From a virus, in the IMG/VR virus record IMGVR_UViG_3300029651_000001, positions 22,512-86,511 of that record: a stretch of 64,000 nucleotides of DNA, one strand, 5' to 3'. Positions 32,004 through 41,437 of the stretch are shown here, piece by piece. Below the pieces are notes generated by a model. It ran no database searches. It had not been told where the DNA came from and was given only the letters and a program-made list of their open reading frames with translations. A program made the position numbers and the translations under genes. Position 1 is the stretch's first letter. Each line of letters begins with the position of its first letter.

Positions 32004-33790
32004 TGCACCCTCTTGTCGTTGAGTACTTTGATCGTATCCACGACGCTGTCCTTGAAACGTCTAGCCTGAGTCGCGTTTCGGACTGGATGACGAAGCGGAC
32101 CTTCCTGAACGGGAAACCTTTTAGCTTCAAGGATCACGAGTACCAGATCGAGATCGTCAATACCCAGCACCCGAACTCTTGTTGTATCAAGCCGTCCCAG
32201 GTAGGTATGTCGGAGGCGGAATACCGGATGACTCTTGGGTTGCTGGACATGACGCCCGATAGCGTTGCCCTGCTCCTCATGCCTACCGTCCACGAGGCTC
32301 AGCGTCAGGTCAAGAGCCGTATTGATCCGATCATCCAGGGCTCGAAACACTTGAATTCCAGATTGAATCCTGGAAGTGACTCGGCCAGCTTCAAAATGAT
32401 CGGAACTAGTCAGCTCCATGTTGGAGGGACTTACGGCAAGGCGATCATTTCTATCCCTTGCTCTATGGTAATCGTCGATGAACGGGATTTCTGCAACCCA
32501 GAAGCGTTGATCACCGCGGAGTCCCGCTTGTCGCATGCGCCGCATGTCGACGAAAAGACCGGTCTCCGTGGATTTCGGCGGGAATTTTCGACGCCGACGG
32601 CGTCAGGCATAGGGGTATCGGAATCGTTCGAGCAGTCGGATCAGAAGCGCCGGCTAGTCAAATGCAAGCGCTGTGGTCATTGGTTTTGGCCTAATCTGTT
32701 GGTCCACGGGGTGATCCCAGGGTTCGACCGGAGTCTGGAGGACATCACCTACCTGGATGTCCGGGCGTTGGAAGCCAAAGGGCAGATCGCTAATGCCAAA
32801 ATCCTTTGCGAAAAGTGCCACAACCCGATTACCAAAGAGAATTTGGGGCCGGAGTACCGGGAGTGGGTGGCGGCCCACCCAGAACGGTATCTGGTGGAGG
32901 GGTTCGCGGTAAGTCCGTTTGATTTGCCGGAGTACCACACGGCCCCGACCTTGTTGCGGAAGTTGATCAAGTTCAAGAACGAGTTCGGCCACTGGAAGAA
33001 CTTCACGCTGGGGCTGTCCCACGACGACGCCAGTAACTCTATCCTCGACGAGGTCGTCGAGGAAAACACTGTAATCAAGCCGATCCCTCCGGACGTGGCG
33101 GAGGCGATGAAGCTGCACGGCTGCATTGCCGGGCTCGACGTTGGTAAAACGTCGTGGCTGACGATCGGCAAGGTGGTCGGCCGGAAGGTCCACATCCTGT
33201 GGGTCGAACAGATCCGGCTTCGAGGCGAGAACGGCGACGGCCTGAAGGAGCATGTCATCAAGCGGCTCAAGCAGTATGGCGTCATCCGCTTCGTATCTGA
33301 CGCCCTACCTTACACCGACACGATTCTTAGTATTCGAGACGCGATGCCGGACCAGTTGGTGTACCCCTGCATGTACACCTTGACCGACAAGAAACTGCCG
33401 GCATACGTCCCCAAGGAAACGGAGGGAGAGCGTCAGGTGGACGCCAACCGAACCAAGACGTTGAACCGGGTGGCCAAGCGGGTGAATGGTGGTGAGGTCC
33501 TGTTTCCGATGATGGACGAGATGGAAACCGTTCGGGACCATTTTCAAGGGATGAAGCGGGTGGATCAGACCGACGACCACGGCGAGGTCGAGCAAAACTG
33601 GGTCAAAGGCAGCCGGGACGACCACTACTTTCACGCAGCCAATTACTTGCTGATCGCGGCGGACATGATGGAGGAGTACTACGGGGACTGGGCGCCGGTG
33701 CCTTCGATCACGCAGATCGAGGTCGGTAAAAAAGCAATAGTTGACAAACCGCCCTTGTTCTTGAGGCCGGCCTCCACTAAGATACTGTAA
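32003..33790 (+). CDS. terminase large subunit (GpA-like)
   Basis: About 595 aa. Motifs KPSQVGMSEAEY (Walker-A-like region of the GpA family) and IVDERD. Sits upstream of the portal gene. Confidence 0.85.
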   Translation: MHPLVVEYFDRIHDAVLETSSLSRVSDWMTKRTFLNGKPFSFKDHEYQIEIVNTQHPNSCCIKPSQVGMSEAEYRMTLGLLDMTPDSVALLLMPTVHEAQRQVKSRIDPIIQGSKHLNSRLNPGSDSASFKMIGTSQLHVGGTYGKAIISIPCSMVIVDERDFCNPEALITAESRLSHAPHVDEKTGLRGFRREFSTPTASGIGVSESFEQSDQKRRLVKCKRCGHWFWPNLLVHGVIPGFDRSLEDITYLDVRALEAKGQIANAKILCEKCHNPITKENLGPEYREWVAAHPERYLVEGFAVSPFDLPEYHTAPTLLRKLIKFKNEFGHWKNFTLGLSHDDASNSILDEVVEENTVIKPIPPDVAEAMKLHGCIAGLDVGKTSWLTIGKVVGRKVHILWVEQIRLRGENGDGLKEHVIKRLKQYGVIRFVSDALPYTDTILSIRDAMPDQLVYPCMYTLTDKKLPAYVPKETEGERQVDANRTKTLNRVAKRVNGGEVLFPMMDEMETVRDHFQGMKRVDQTDDHGEVEQNWVKGSRDDHYFHAANYLLIAADMMEEYYGDWAPVPSITQIEVGKKAIVDKPPLFLRPASTKIL

Positions 33791-33975
33791 TGTTGCTGGT
33801 ACGCACGGACGAGGGTCAGCACACCCTCGCCCGCACTTCCGGTATTTCTGACAACGGGGGACCGACTGAACCCCGCCCTTTGGAGACCTTATGATCATCC
33901 AGTCAGGCTTTCAGGGTATGAGACATCTCACAAAAAGTCAACCTTTGACGTGAGCTACCTCACAAGGATTCGTGA

Positions 33976-35448
33976 ATGGCAGCTCCGAAAAGGACTTCTA
34001 AAGGGTCTGTAGACCCTATAAAGCTTCCTAACTCCCTTATTAAAGGGGTCAGGACGGCGACCCCGGCGTCAGGAAAGGATGCCGATTCGTCTATTTCCAA
34101 CACACTGACTTCGGCCTTCAACAGGTCGATTACAGATCTCCGCACCCTCGAGGATAAAGAGGCATTGCGCCTGCTTGCTCGAGCCTACGGAGATGTCTCG
34201 ACAGCAGTCTGGTCTACCTTGAGCCTGGCGAACACGCCGTTGAAGGTGCTGGCCTACGACAGCCAACATCAGATCAGCTTCGACGGCACGATGCTGACCA
34301 AGACGATCCTGACTCGGATGAATTACACGTCGGACTACACCAAAGGGTTCGACGATCGGCCGTCTCTGGAAGGGATCAAAAACTCTCTTCTGAGAGACAT
34401 CCTTCTGGCGGGCGCGTGCGGGGGAGAGTTGGTTCTCGATGAACAACGCCTCCCCAACCAATTCAGAGTCACATCAACCAAGACTCTTAAGTTCAAGACC
34501 GGTACCAAACGGAGTGGTACGTCCTACAACATTGTGCCAGTGCAGAAAGTAGGCTCTGACGAAGTCATACTTAGTTTCCCCACCTTTTTCTATGAGGCTT
34601 TGGATCAGGATCCGGAGTCCGCGTACGCGTTCTCGCCTCTTGAGCCGGCACTGAATTCGGCTCCGCAGTACACGGAGTTGCTGGAGGATGTTCGCCGAGT
34701 GGTCCGGCGGTCCGGACATTCCCGCCTAGTGGTCAAACTGATCACTGAACAGATCATTAAATCTGCACCGCCGGAATACAAAGGTGACCCGGACAAGATG
34801 CAGACCTGGATGACCACGCTGCGGGACCAGATTAAGGAGGAACTGGAGAACCTGAGCCCGGAAACGGCGTTGGTGTTGTTCGATACGCTGGAGGCCGACT
34901 ATCTCAATTCCCAGATTGGCGGACAGTCAGAGTATGGGCCGTTGGTCGAAACTTTTGACGGGGTTCAGTCCACAGCACTCAAGACACCTCCCTCGGTTCT
35001 GGGCAAACGGATGGGGGGGTCCCAGAACGTCTCATCCACTGAGTCGCTGCTTTTCATCAAGACCGCATCAAGAATCCAACCCCCTGTCGCTGCGGTGCTA
35101 TCTAGGGCGATGACCCTAGCCGTCCGGCTCTACGGGTTCGACGGGTACGTGATGGTCTCATTTGACCCAATCGATTTGCGGCCGGAGCACGAGCTCGAAG
35201 CCTTCAAGCAAATGAAACAGCAGAGGGTGTTGGAGCTCTTGTCACTCGGGTTCCTGACTGACGACGAGGCCGCGGAGGAGTTGCGCACCGGGATGAGAGC
35301 CCCGGGAGCGCCCAAGTTGAGCGGGACATTCTTCTACCAAAACCAAGGATTAGGAGCCCCTCCCAACCCAAACGGGGACCCCGCTAAGCGGGCGTTAACC
35401 GGCGACTCTCCGAAGTCCAGCGGAGGTCGGGACAATGCACAAAGGTGA
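33976..35448 (+). CDS. portal protein
   Basis: 490 aa, located between the terminase and the S49 protease. Confidence 0.75.
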   Translation: MAAPKRTSKGSVDPIKLPNSLIKGVRTATPASGKDADSSISNTLTSAFNRSITDLRTLEDKEALRLLARAYGDVSTAVWSTLSLANTPLKVLAYDSQHQISFDGTMLTKTILTRMNYTSDYTKGFDDRPSLEGIKNSLLRDILLAGACGGELVLDEQRLPNQFRVTSTKTLKFKTGTKRSGTSYNIVPVQKVGSDEVILSFPTFFYEALDQDPESAYAFSPLEPALNSAPQYTELLEDVRRVVRRSGHSRLVVKLITEQIIKSAPPEYKGDPDKMQTWMTTLRDQIKEELENLSPETALVLFDTLEADYLNSQIGGQSEYGPLVETFDGVQSTALKTPPSVLGKRMGGSQNVSSTESLLFIKTASRIQPPVAAVLSRAMTLAVRLYGFDGYVMVSFDPIDLRPEHELEAFKQMKQQRVLELLSLGFLTDDEAAEELRTGMRAPGAPKLSGTFFYQNQGLGAPPNPNGDPAKRALTGDSPKSSGGRDNAQR

Positions 35449-35710
35449 CATCGAGTGGCATAGCGGCGTTCTCCGTGTCTTCGCCCCTGGCAAGAGCAAA
35501 CAAAACCGAGACCACTATGTCTGGTGTTGCACAGTCCAGCGGGTAGGAGACACCGCAATCCTGTCCGGGGTGCTCGAAGCTCCAAGCGCGACCATCAGAA
35601 AGGCAGGAATACAAGCCCTTGCCTCGCAAGGTGTAAGGTTCGTTGAGTGGGAACGCTGGGAACCGGGGTCCAGCGAACCGAGAAAGAAAATCAGAGTAAG
35701 AATTGCATGA
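35435..35710 (+). CDS. hypothetical protein
   Basis: 91-aa ORF. Confidence 0.5.
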   Translation: MHKGDIEWHSGVLRVFAPGKSKQNRDHYVWCCTVQRVGDTAILSGVLEAPSATIRKAGIQALASQGVRFVEWERWEPGSSEPRKKIRVRIA

Positions 35711-36018
35711 TGGATCAGTTCACCACCACAGAACCTTCGATAAAAACTTGGATAGGACTGATTAGTACAGTCGCACTATCCGCGGCAGGTTCCGCCATCG
35801 CTGCGATAAAGTGGACAGTTAATAAGTACATACAGAAGATCGAAGCCACTGAGACCAAGATAACCGAGCTGCAGAGAACATACGTCTCCCGCACCGAACT
35901 AGAGTCTTACCTCGCCAAGCTGGAATCCCGCCTGGAGACGCAGACGGTGTCTGGTTTCAACTCCATGCATCGGCGCCTAGACGAGCTCTATCAAACGCTG
36001 TTGAACAGCTCCAAGTAA
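35707..36018 (+). CDS. membrane-anchored coiled-coil protein
   Basis: TM segment WIGLISTVALSAAGSAIAAI followed by coiled-coil sequence. Confidence 0.6.
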   Translation: MMDQFTTTEPSIKTWIGLISTVALSAAGSAIAAIKWTVNKYIQKIEATETKITELQRTYVSRTELESYLAKLESRLETQTVSGFNSMHRRLDELYQTLLNSSK

Positions 36019-36075
36019 CATCTGAATTACTAGCTTGTATCGTCCCTGCTACAGTGATATAACATTGTCAGCTCA

Positions 36076-37488
36076 ATGTCAGGGATCGACATGCACCGCT
36101 TCGAACTATGGATGGGGAATTCCGCCTCGCTGGATGACTATATCCAGCGCATTCAGGCTGTTTCCAAGGGGCTTTACGCCTACTCTGATGACGATAGCCC
36201 GGATCCGGTCTATTTCGACCTACAAGGCAACCTCGGCATCGTTCCCATTAAGGGGTCGTTGACCAACAGCGACGCCTGGTACAACCGGTTCCTTGGCCTC
36301 ACCTCTTACACCCAAATCCGCAATGCCTTGATCGAGGCGTCTCAACACCCGGACGTCGAGACCATTCTCATGACGGTCGACTCGGGAGGAGGCTCTGCCT
36401 CCGGCGTTTCCGATCTCGGTCAACTCATCAAGCTGATCAATGCCGACGTCAAGCCGGTAGTCGCACACACCAGTGGCACGATGGCTTCCGCCGCGTATTG
36501 GCTTGGCGCTTCGGCCGGCAAGGTTTACGCCTCGGACACCGCGGCCGTCGGCAGTGTTGGCGTTATCGCCGTCCACATGGACATCTCGAAGTCGCTGCAG
36601 CAGGACGGCATCAAAGCCACAGTGTTCCGCGCTGGGGACTACAAGGCGCTCGCCAACCCGTACGAACCCTTGTCCGACCGGGCCAAGGCGCAGATGCAGA
36701 GCCAGCTTGACACCCTGTACAGCATTTTTGTCGACCACGTCGCAGACGCTCGAGGCGTGAGCGCGGCCTACGTCAAGGAGCACATGGCCGACGGCAAGGA
36801 GTTCATTGGCAAGGACGCCAAAGACGCTGGGCTGGTGGACGAAATCCTGTCCCTCGATCAGCTCGTTCAGAAATTGCAGGCCGAGAAGCCTGCTGACTCA
36901 CGATACAAGGAGGTATCCGTGGCACAGAAATCCCGCAAATTGACCGATAAGACGGTGGCTGCGATTGCAGCCGGCGTCGACGTGAAGACCGCTCTGGAAC
37001 AAGCGCCGGAAAGCGAAACGGAGACGACCGAGACGCGTACAGACCCTACCCCCGAGGCGAATACCGAGCTCCCCGCAACGGACCCCACGCCTGCGGCTGA
37101 GGACTCCGAGCCCAAGACTTCTCAGGACCAGGCGCCCCTCGTCAATTATCTGCAAACCCAATTGGACGCCAAGACCAGCGAGCTTGTCGATCTGAAGGCT
37201 GCCAACAAGCAGCTGGAAGCTCAGCTGGCCGGTTACAAGGCCAATGAACCTGAGCTCTGCAAGATCGTGGCGCAGTACACCAACAAGATGCAGATCGCTT
37301 TAGGTGGCATAGCCGTGGATCTATCCAAGCTGCCGGCCGACACCTTGCTGGCACAGTGCGCTCAGGTCCAGGAAACCTTCAACAAAACCTTCCCGGTTGG
37401 GGGCGTAACGGCGACCCCGTCCATGGAGGAATCCCCGACAGCCGAAGCGGACCCCGCCAAGCTCAGAGCCGTTAAGCTGAAGAAATAA
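36076..37488 (+). CDS. S49-family head maturation protease fused to a scaffold-like C-terminus
   Basis: Motifs VDSGGGSASG and GTMASAAYWLG. The C-terminal half is acidic and coiled-coil. An alternative start lies at 36091. Confidence 0.85.
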   Translation: MSGIDMHRFELWMGNSASLDDYIQRIQAVSKGLYAYSDDDSPDPVYFDLQGNLGIVPIKGSLTNSDAWYNRFLGLTSYTQIRNALIEASQHPDVETILMTVDSGGGSASGVSDLGQLIKLINADVKPVVAHTSGTMASAAYWLGASAGKVYASDTAAVGSVGVIAVHMDISKSLQQDGIKATVFRAGDYKALANPYEPLSDRAKAQMQSQLDTLYSIFVDHVADARGVSAAYVKEHMADGKEFIGKDAKDAGLVDEILSLDQLVQKLQAEKPADSRYKEVSVAQKSRKLTDKTVAAIAAGVDVKTALEQAPESETETTETRTDPTPEANTELPATDPTPAAEDSEPKTSQDQAPLVNYLQTQLDAKTSELVDLKAANKQLEAQLAGYKANEPELCKIVAQYTNKMQIALGGIAVDLSKLPADTLLAQCAQVQETFNKTFPVGGVTATPSMEESPTAEADPAKLRAVKLKK

Positions 37489-37514
37489 CTCTTGCGTAAC
37501 AAGGAGGTTCGCAG

Positions 37515-37958
37515 ATGACCACGTTTGCTTTTACCGAGTTAGTGCCCACCGAGAAGGTGCTTTCCACCGCCTTAGGTCCGGACGCCAACACCAAGTTTGC
37601 CGACGCGGATGTCGGCAAGGCTGTGAAGTTGGGTACTGCCAACAACTATGTCGCAGTCGTCGCCGACGACGAGATCGAGGGCTTTGTGACTTCGATCGAG
37701 CCGTTCACCGTGAATAGTGGGTTTTCGTTTGGAGGTGTCGTCGTCTCTGGCCGGGTCACGGCCGAAGTTGGCGCCAACCAGGGCGTGACCCCAATGGCCG
37801 TGGGCGACTACGTCGTCGCCGACACCCCGGTGGCCTTGGGCACCGCGGGCAAAGCGAAGGTGAAAACCGGTGCGCCGTCGAAATATCTCTGGCGGTGCGT
37901 CCGGATCATCTCCGGCACCGGAGCAGCGGGCAGCACCGTCCTGCTCGAAAGAACTTAA
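37515..37958 (+). CDS. head decoration/cement-like protein (DUF2190-like)
   Basis: 147 aa, Gly/Val-rich beta protein between the protease and the major capsid gene. SD is AAGGAGG. Confidence 0.65.
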   Translation: MTTFAFTELVPTEKVLSTALGPDANTKFADADVGKAVKLGTANNYVAVVADDEIEGFVTSIEPFTVNSGFSFGGVVVSGRVTAEVGANQGVTPMAVGDYVVADTPVALGTAGKAKVKTGAPSKYLWRCVRIISGTGAAGSTVLLERT

Positions 37959-37990
37959 TTTATCTCATCGGGCAAGGAGGCCTTACAGAG

Positions 37991-39181
37991 ATGCCACAAA
38001 TCAGAGACCGAGAAGGAAAAGTCCAGGAAGTCGACGTGACCCTGGAGGACTACAGGGGGGCCGTTGACTCGGGGATGAGTTTCCCGGCGTACCTCAAAAC
38101 CAAATTCAAGACCGACGAGGAGAAGTACGGGACACCGTTCGAGCAAATGCTGGCCTCCAGCGGCTTCTTCTTGCGAGAAGACCGGGCCTCCGGCATCCGT
38201 CCGCCGACCGTGAAGCAGATGCTGGAGTACAACGGCAACTCGATCAGCATGGGCCCGCTGGTCCGTCCGGACGGTTCGCAGGCGCTGACCATTACGGGTC
38301 GACTGCTGTTCGCGACGACCGTGATGGAATTGGTGGAAAGCGCTCTACTGGAAGACACCAGCTCGTATGCGGCCATGTGGAACCGGCTCATTGCCGTAAC
38401 TACGTCGGTGGACACGCCTCGGGTGGACATTCCGATCATCACGTCGACCGGGCCGCGTGCTGACCGTAGTCAGCCGATCGCTCAGTTGGCGACGCCGCCC
38501 AACATGACCAGCATCACGCTTAGCTCGAAGAGCTATCGGATGCCGACGTTCTCGATCGGTCTCGAAATTTCGTACGAGGCGCAAGCAGCGGTGACACTGG
38601 ATCTGGTCAACATCATCCTGAAGCAGCAAGCTGAAGGCGAGCGGATGGCGTTGATCGACGAGGCGATCAAAAGGCTGGTCGACGGCGACACCGACTGGGG
38701 TTTGTCGGCGCTGTCCGCAGACCTGATCACCGCGTACGACAGTACCATTAACACCAACGGCAAGATGACCCAGGAGGCATGGGTCAAGTGGCTGCGCTCG
38801 GATCGGCGTCGCAAGACCATCAATTGGGTGATCGGAGACCTGAACGCTTATCTGGCTGTTGAAGGTCGCGAGAACCGCCCGACGGTCACTAACAACAAGG
38901 GCACCGACGAGCGGATCAACTCCGTACCGGTCTTGGCCGATATCGGGTTGCCGCAGCAGGTCAACTTCTTCGACATCGACACCGATATCCTCGGCGCCAA
39001 TACGATCGTCGGCGTGGATACCTCCAAGGCGATTCGCAAATGGGTATACACGGGGGCGGAGTATGAGGCTATCGAGCAGTTCGTGCTGCGTAAAGCTACT
39101 GCGCTTCGCATCGACTGGTCCGAAGCCTACGGCCGAATCTTCGACGAAGCCTTCAAGAAGACCACGCTGACTACTTCTTAA
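37991..39181 (+). CDS. major capsid protein
   Basis: 396 aa. SD is CAAGGAGG. Identified by position, and it is followed by a strong terminator. Confidence 0.75.
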   Translation: MPQIRDREGKVQEVDVTLEDYRGAVDSGMSFPAYLKTKFKTDEEKYGTPFEQMLASSGFFLREDRASGIRPPTVKQMLEYNGNSISMGPLVRPDGSQALTITGRLLFATTVMELVESALLEDTSSYAAMWNRLIAVTTSVDTPRVDIPIITSTGPRADRSQPIAQLATPPNMTSITLSSKSYRMPTFSIGLEISYEAQAAVTLDLVNIILKQQAEGERMALIDEAIKRLVDGDTDWGLSALSADLITAYDSTINTNGKMTQEAWVKWLRSDRRRKTINWVIGDLNAYLAVEGRENRPTVTNNKGTDERINSVPVLADIGLPQQVNFFDIDTDILGANTIVGVDTSKAIRKWVYTGAEYEAIEQFVLRKATALRIDWSEAYGRIFDEAFKKTTLTTS

Positions 39182-39187
39182 CCGATG

Positions 39188-39218
39188 GGCCGGGGCTAAG
39201 AACCCCGGCCTAATTTTG
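39188..39218 (+). terminator. rho-independent terminator after the capsid gene
   Basis: GGCCGGGG-7 nt-CCCCGGCC followed by TAATTTTG. Confidence 0.7.
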
Positions 39219-39219
39219 C

Positions 39220-39420
39220 TTGATGAGTGACTCGATTTCTCAACTTCGCGCCAGGCTACAGGAGCCATCTACTCGTATCGGGATTGTGTTTCTCGTTGGA
39301 CTGCTGGGGCACAAGATCTCGATCGAATGGACGCAGAACGCCATCGACGCGTTTTTGCTCATCCTGTCCCTGTATGAAATTTGGCGCAAAGAGCACGCAC
39401 ACAAGGAGAACCCCCCGTGA
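39220..39420 (+). CDS. small membrane protein
   Basis: Hydrophobic segments IGIVFLVGLLG and AFLLILSLY. Confidence 0.5.
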   Translation: MMSDSISQLRARLQEPSTRIGIVFLVGLLGHKISIEWTQNAIDAFLLILSLYEIWRKEHAHKENPP

Positions 39421-39920
39421 GACGGACACTTAACGTACTTTTGTTTACTGGGTTAGCGGCGTTTTCGTCGATTAGCCACCCGGCAGCTCTTTCCGATTAC
39501 CTGGAAAACAAACTTGTCGACTATTTGCTGCGAGGCCAAGCCTATTCGGCTCCGGCATCTGTTTATGTCACCTTGGCCACTACTTCCGGCAGTGATGCGG
39601 CTTGTGGCACCGAGGTCTCCGGAGGTAGCTTCGCACGGGTTGAGGTCACCAGTTCGCTTTCGAACTGGGCAGGCACTCAGTCCGCGGGGTCTACTACAGT
39701 ATCCAGCGGCACCGGTGGTACGACGTCGAATAACGCGGCTATCACCTTCCCGGCGCCGACGGCGAACTGGGGTCAGGTGACCGAGTTTTGCGTTTTCGAT
39801 GCAGCAACAGATGGCAACCTCTTGTTTCGATCAGCACTAACTACCCCGAAGACGATAAACAACGGGGACGCGGCCCCGAGCTTCGCGATCGGAGCGCTCA
39901 CGTTCCAGATCGATAATTGA
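39417..39920 (+). CDS. virion-module protein with signal-peptide-like N-terminus
   Basis: GTG start in a GTGA overlap. Start MRRTLNVLLFTGLAAFSSISHPAA. The body carries NNAAITFPAPTANWGQVTEF. Confidence 0.65.
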   Translation: MRRTLNVLLFTGLAAFSSISHPAALSDYLENKLVDYLLRGQAYSAPASVYVTLATTSGSDAACGTEVSGGSFARVEVTSSLSNWAGTQSAGSTTVSSGTGGTTSNNAAITFPAPTANWGQVTEFCVFDAATDGNLLFRSALTTPKTINNGDAAPSFAIGALTFQIDN

Positions 39921-39929
39921 GGAGACGTC

Positions 39930-40352
39930 ATGACTCGCTTACTGTTGGCTTATTTAGCTGCCACGGCATTGCTGTCGGGTTGCGCAGGATTCGGCCGCAC
40001 TGAGGCGCTCGGCCTCACTCAGGCACTGCTTGCCGCTATCCCTCAAGACGCCATCACTCAAGGCACCTTCCTGACTGGCACTTTGGCGGATTCAGGCTCG
40101 TTCGAGACGGCTGTGGCGCCGGTGAAGACCAGGCTGGCTGTCGTTCGCCGGTCAGCTGCCAAGGCCGTGAGAGAGAAACGCATCAACATGGCGACAGCTA
40201 AAGAGATCTTGAGGCTGTCCGACAAAGCGGACGCCAAGATCAACCTCGCCTGGTCCGACAAGCAGGGCACCCTCGCGGCCAAGCTAGCCCTTGCGGATGC
40301 CGAAGCGCTGTTGGATCAGGCCGATACTTTGCTGGAAGGAACACGTAAATGA
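39930..40352 (+). CDS. lipoprotein
   Basis: Lipobox LLSGC after MTRLLLAYLAATA. Confidence 0.7.
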   Translation: MTRLLLAYLAATALLSGCAGFGRTEALGLTQALLAAIPQDAITQGTFLTGTLADSGSFETAVAPVKTRLAVVRRSAAKAVREKRINMATAKEILRLSDKADAKINLAWSDKQGTLAAKLALADAEALLDQADTLLEGTRK

Positions 40353-40513
40353 AAGTGGATGTTGCACTGAGGCTGTCGGCAGCCTTGCTAGAGGCTGCGG
40401 AGAAGGCTATCAAGAAAGGTCAGAACGAGTTCGATCTGATGGAAGCCTTGTCAGATGAAGCCGCGTCCGCCCGTGCGGACTTGGTCGAAGCTATCCAGGA
40501 AGCGCAGCCGTAA
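40349..40513 (+). CDS. 54-aa helical protein
   Basis: Hand translation gives MKVDVALRLSAALLEAAEKAIKKGQNEF... with an AATGA junction. Confidence 0.45.
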   Translation: MKVDVALRLSAALLEAAEKAIKKGQNEFDLMEALSDEAASARADLVEAIQEAQP

Positions 40514-40599
40514 TCCTTTTGTCTCGTCTGACACTGACGATCGAACTGGGTTGCGTGTTCCGTTGAGAGGTTTGTCCGAGGGCGTGACGAGTATGGGTC

Positions 40600-41040
40600 A
40601 TGGACTACCAGGCACTTAAAACTGAAATCGAAACCGGACCGCTGTCAGCCGAGATCGCGCCGTATCTTGCAAATGGCAACTTGGACGGCGTGCTCGGTGT
40701 ACTCAACGATCTCCGGTTTTCTCGAGTCGCAGACACATATGTTAATGCGCGGCGGCTGATGTCGTTGCTCGGTGCCGCCGAAGCTGTCGTGATCCTCGAC
40801 AAGCTTGATGCGGCCAAGGCCAGCGATGCGCGGCTCAAGTGGGCGATGAACTTCATGGTTAACGGCGGAGTTAACTTGGGGGATCCAGAAACCCGGCTAG
40901 CATTAGAAGACCTGGCGTTGTCGGGAGTGCTTACGAACGAAGAACGCGACACACTTAAAGCATTGGCGGAAGTGCCTGCGAGCCGAGCCGAACTGCTGTT
41001 CGGCCGACGACTTACTTTGCCTGACTTGTGGAGGCTTTGA
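40600..41040 (+). CDS. hypothetical virion-module protein
   Basis: 146-aa ORF. Confidence 0.65.
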   Translation: MDYQALKTEIETGPLSAEIAPYLANGNLDGVLGVLNDLRFSRVADTYVNARRLMSLLGAAEAVVILDKLDAAKASDARLKWAMNFMVNGGVNLGDPETRLALEDLALSGVLTNEERDTLKALAEVPASRAELLFGRRLTLPDLWRL

Positions 41041-41041
41041 A

Positions 41042-41437
41042 GTGACTGCTTTAGCCGCCAATTGGCGCATTCAAATTAAAAATTCAACCGGCGCCACGTC
41101 TGGAGCTGTGTCGGTCAAAGGCAAGCGCTGGGTACCCGGCAGCTCCGGGGAGATAAATTTCGAGGACAGCGAACAGACGTTCGCTTCCGACACGACAATT
41201 GCGTCCGGCGCATATCTCTCAGGCTCGTCAATCAGTAACGACGGTGTGGGAGAAGGGTATCACGGCGTCCAACTGTCAATTTCAATTACAAATGGATCGA
41301 GCGCCGGCAACTACGAGTTGTATTTGCAGCACTCGTCTGATGGTGGCACAACCTGGCCCGATGCTGGTGAGGGTGAGCTGATCGGCGTGGTAAATGTCGG
41401 CGCGAGCGCCACGAAAAAGACGAGCTTAGTTATTTAA
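41042..41437 (+). CDS. hypothetical virion-module protein
   Basis: 131 aa with a GTG start. Confidence 0.6.
   Translation: MTALAANWRIQIKNSTGATSGAVSVKGKRWVPGSSGEINFEDSEQTFASDTTIASGAYLSGSSISNDGVGEGYHGVQLSISITNGSSAGNYELYLQHSSDGGTTWPDAGEGELIGVVNVGASATKKTSLVI

Noticed and set aside
38345-39268. 307-aa minus-strand ORF
   Set aside because: It is the antisense shadow of the major capsid gene inside the rightward late operon, and its composition is Arg/Pro-rich. The same reasoning applies to 31826..32545, 32654..33285, 33305..33898, 42585..43184, 45301..45879, 46285..47229, 48492..49055, 50209..50924 and 51478..52095.
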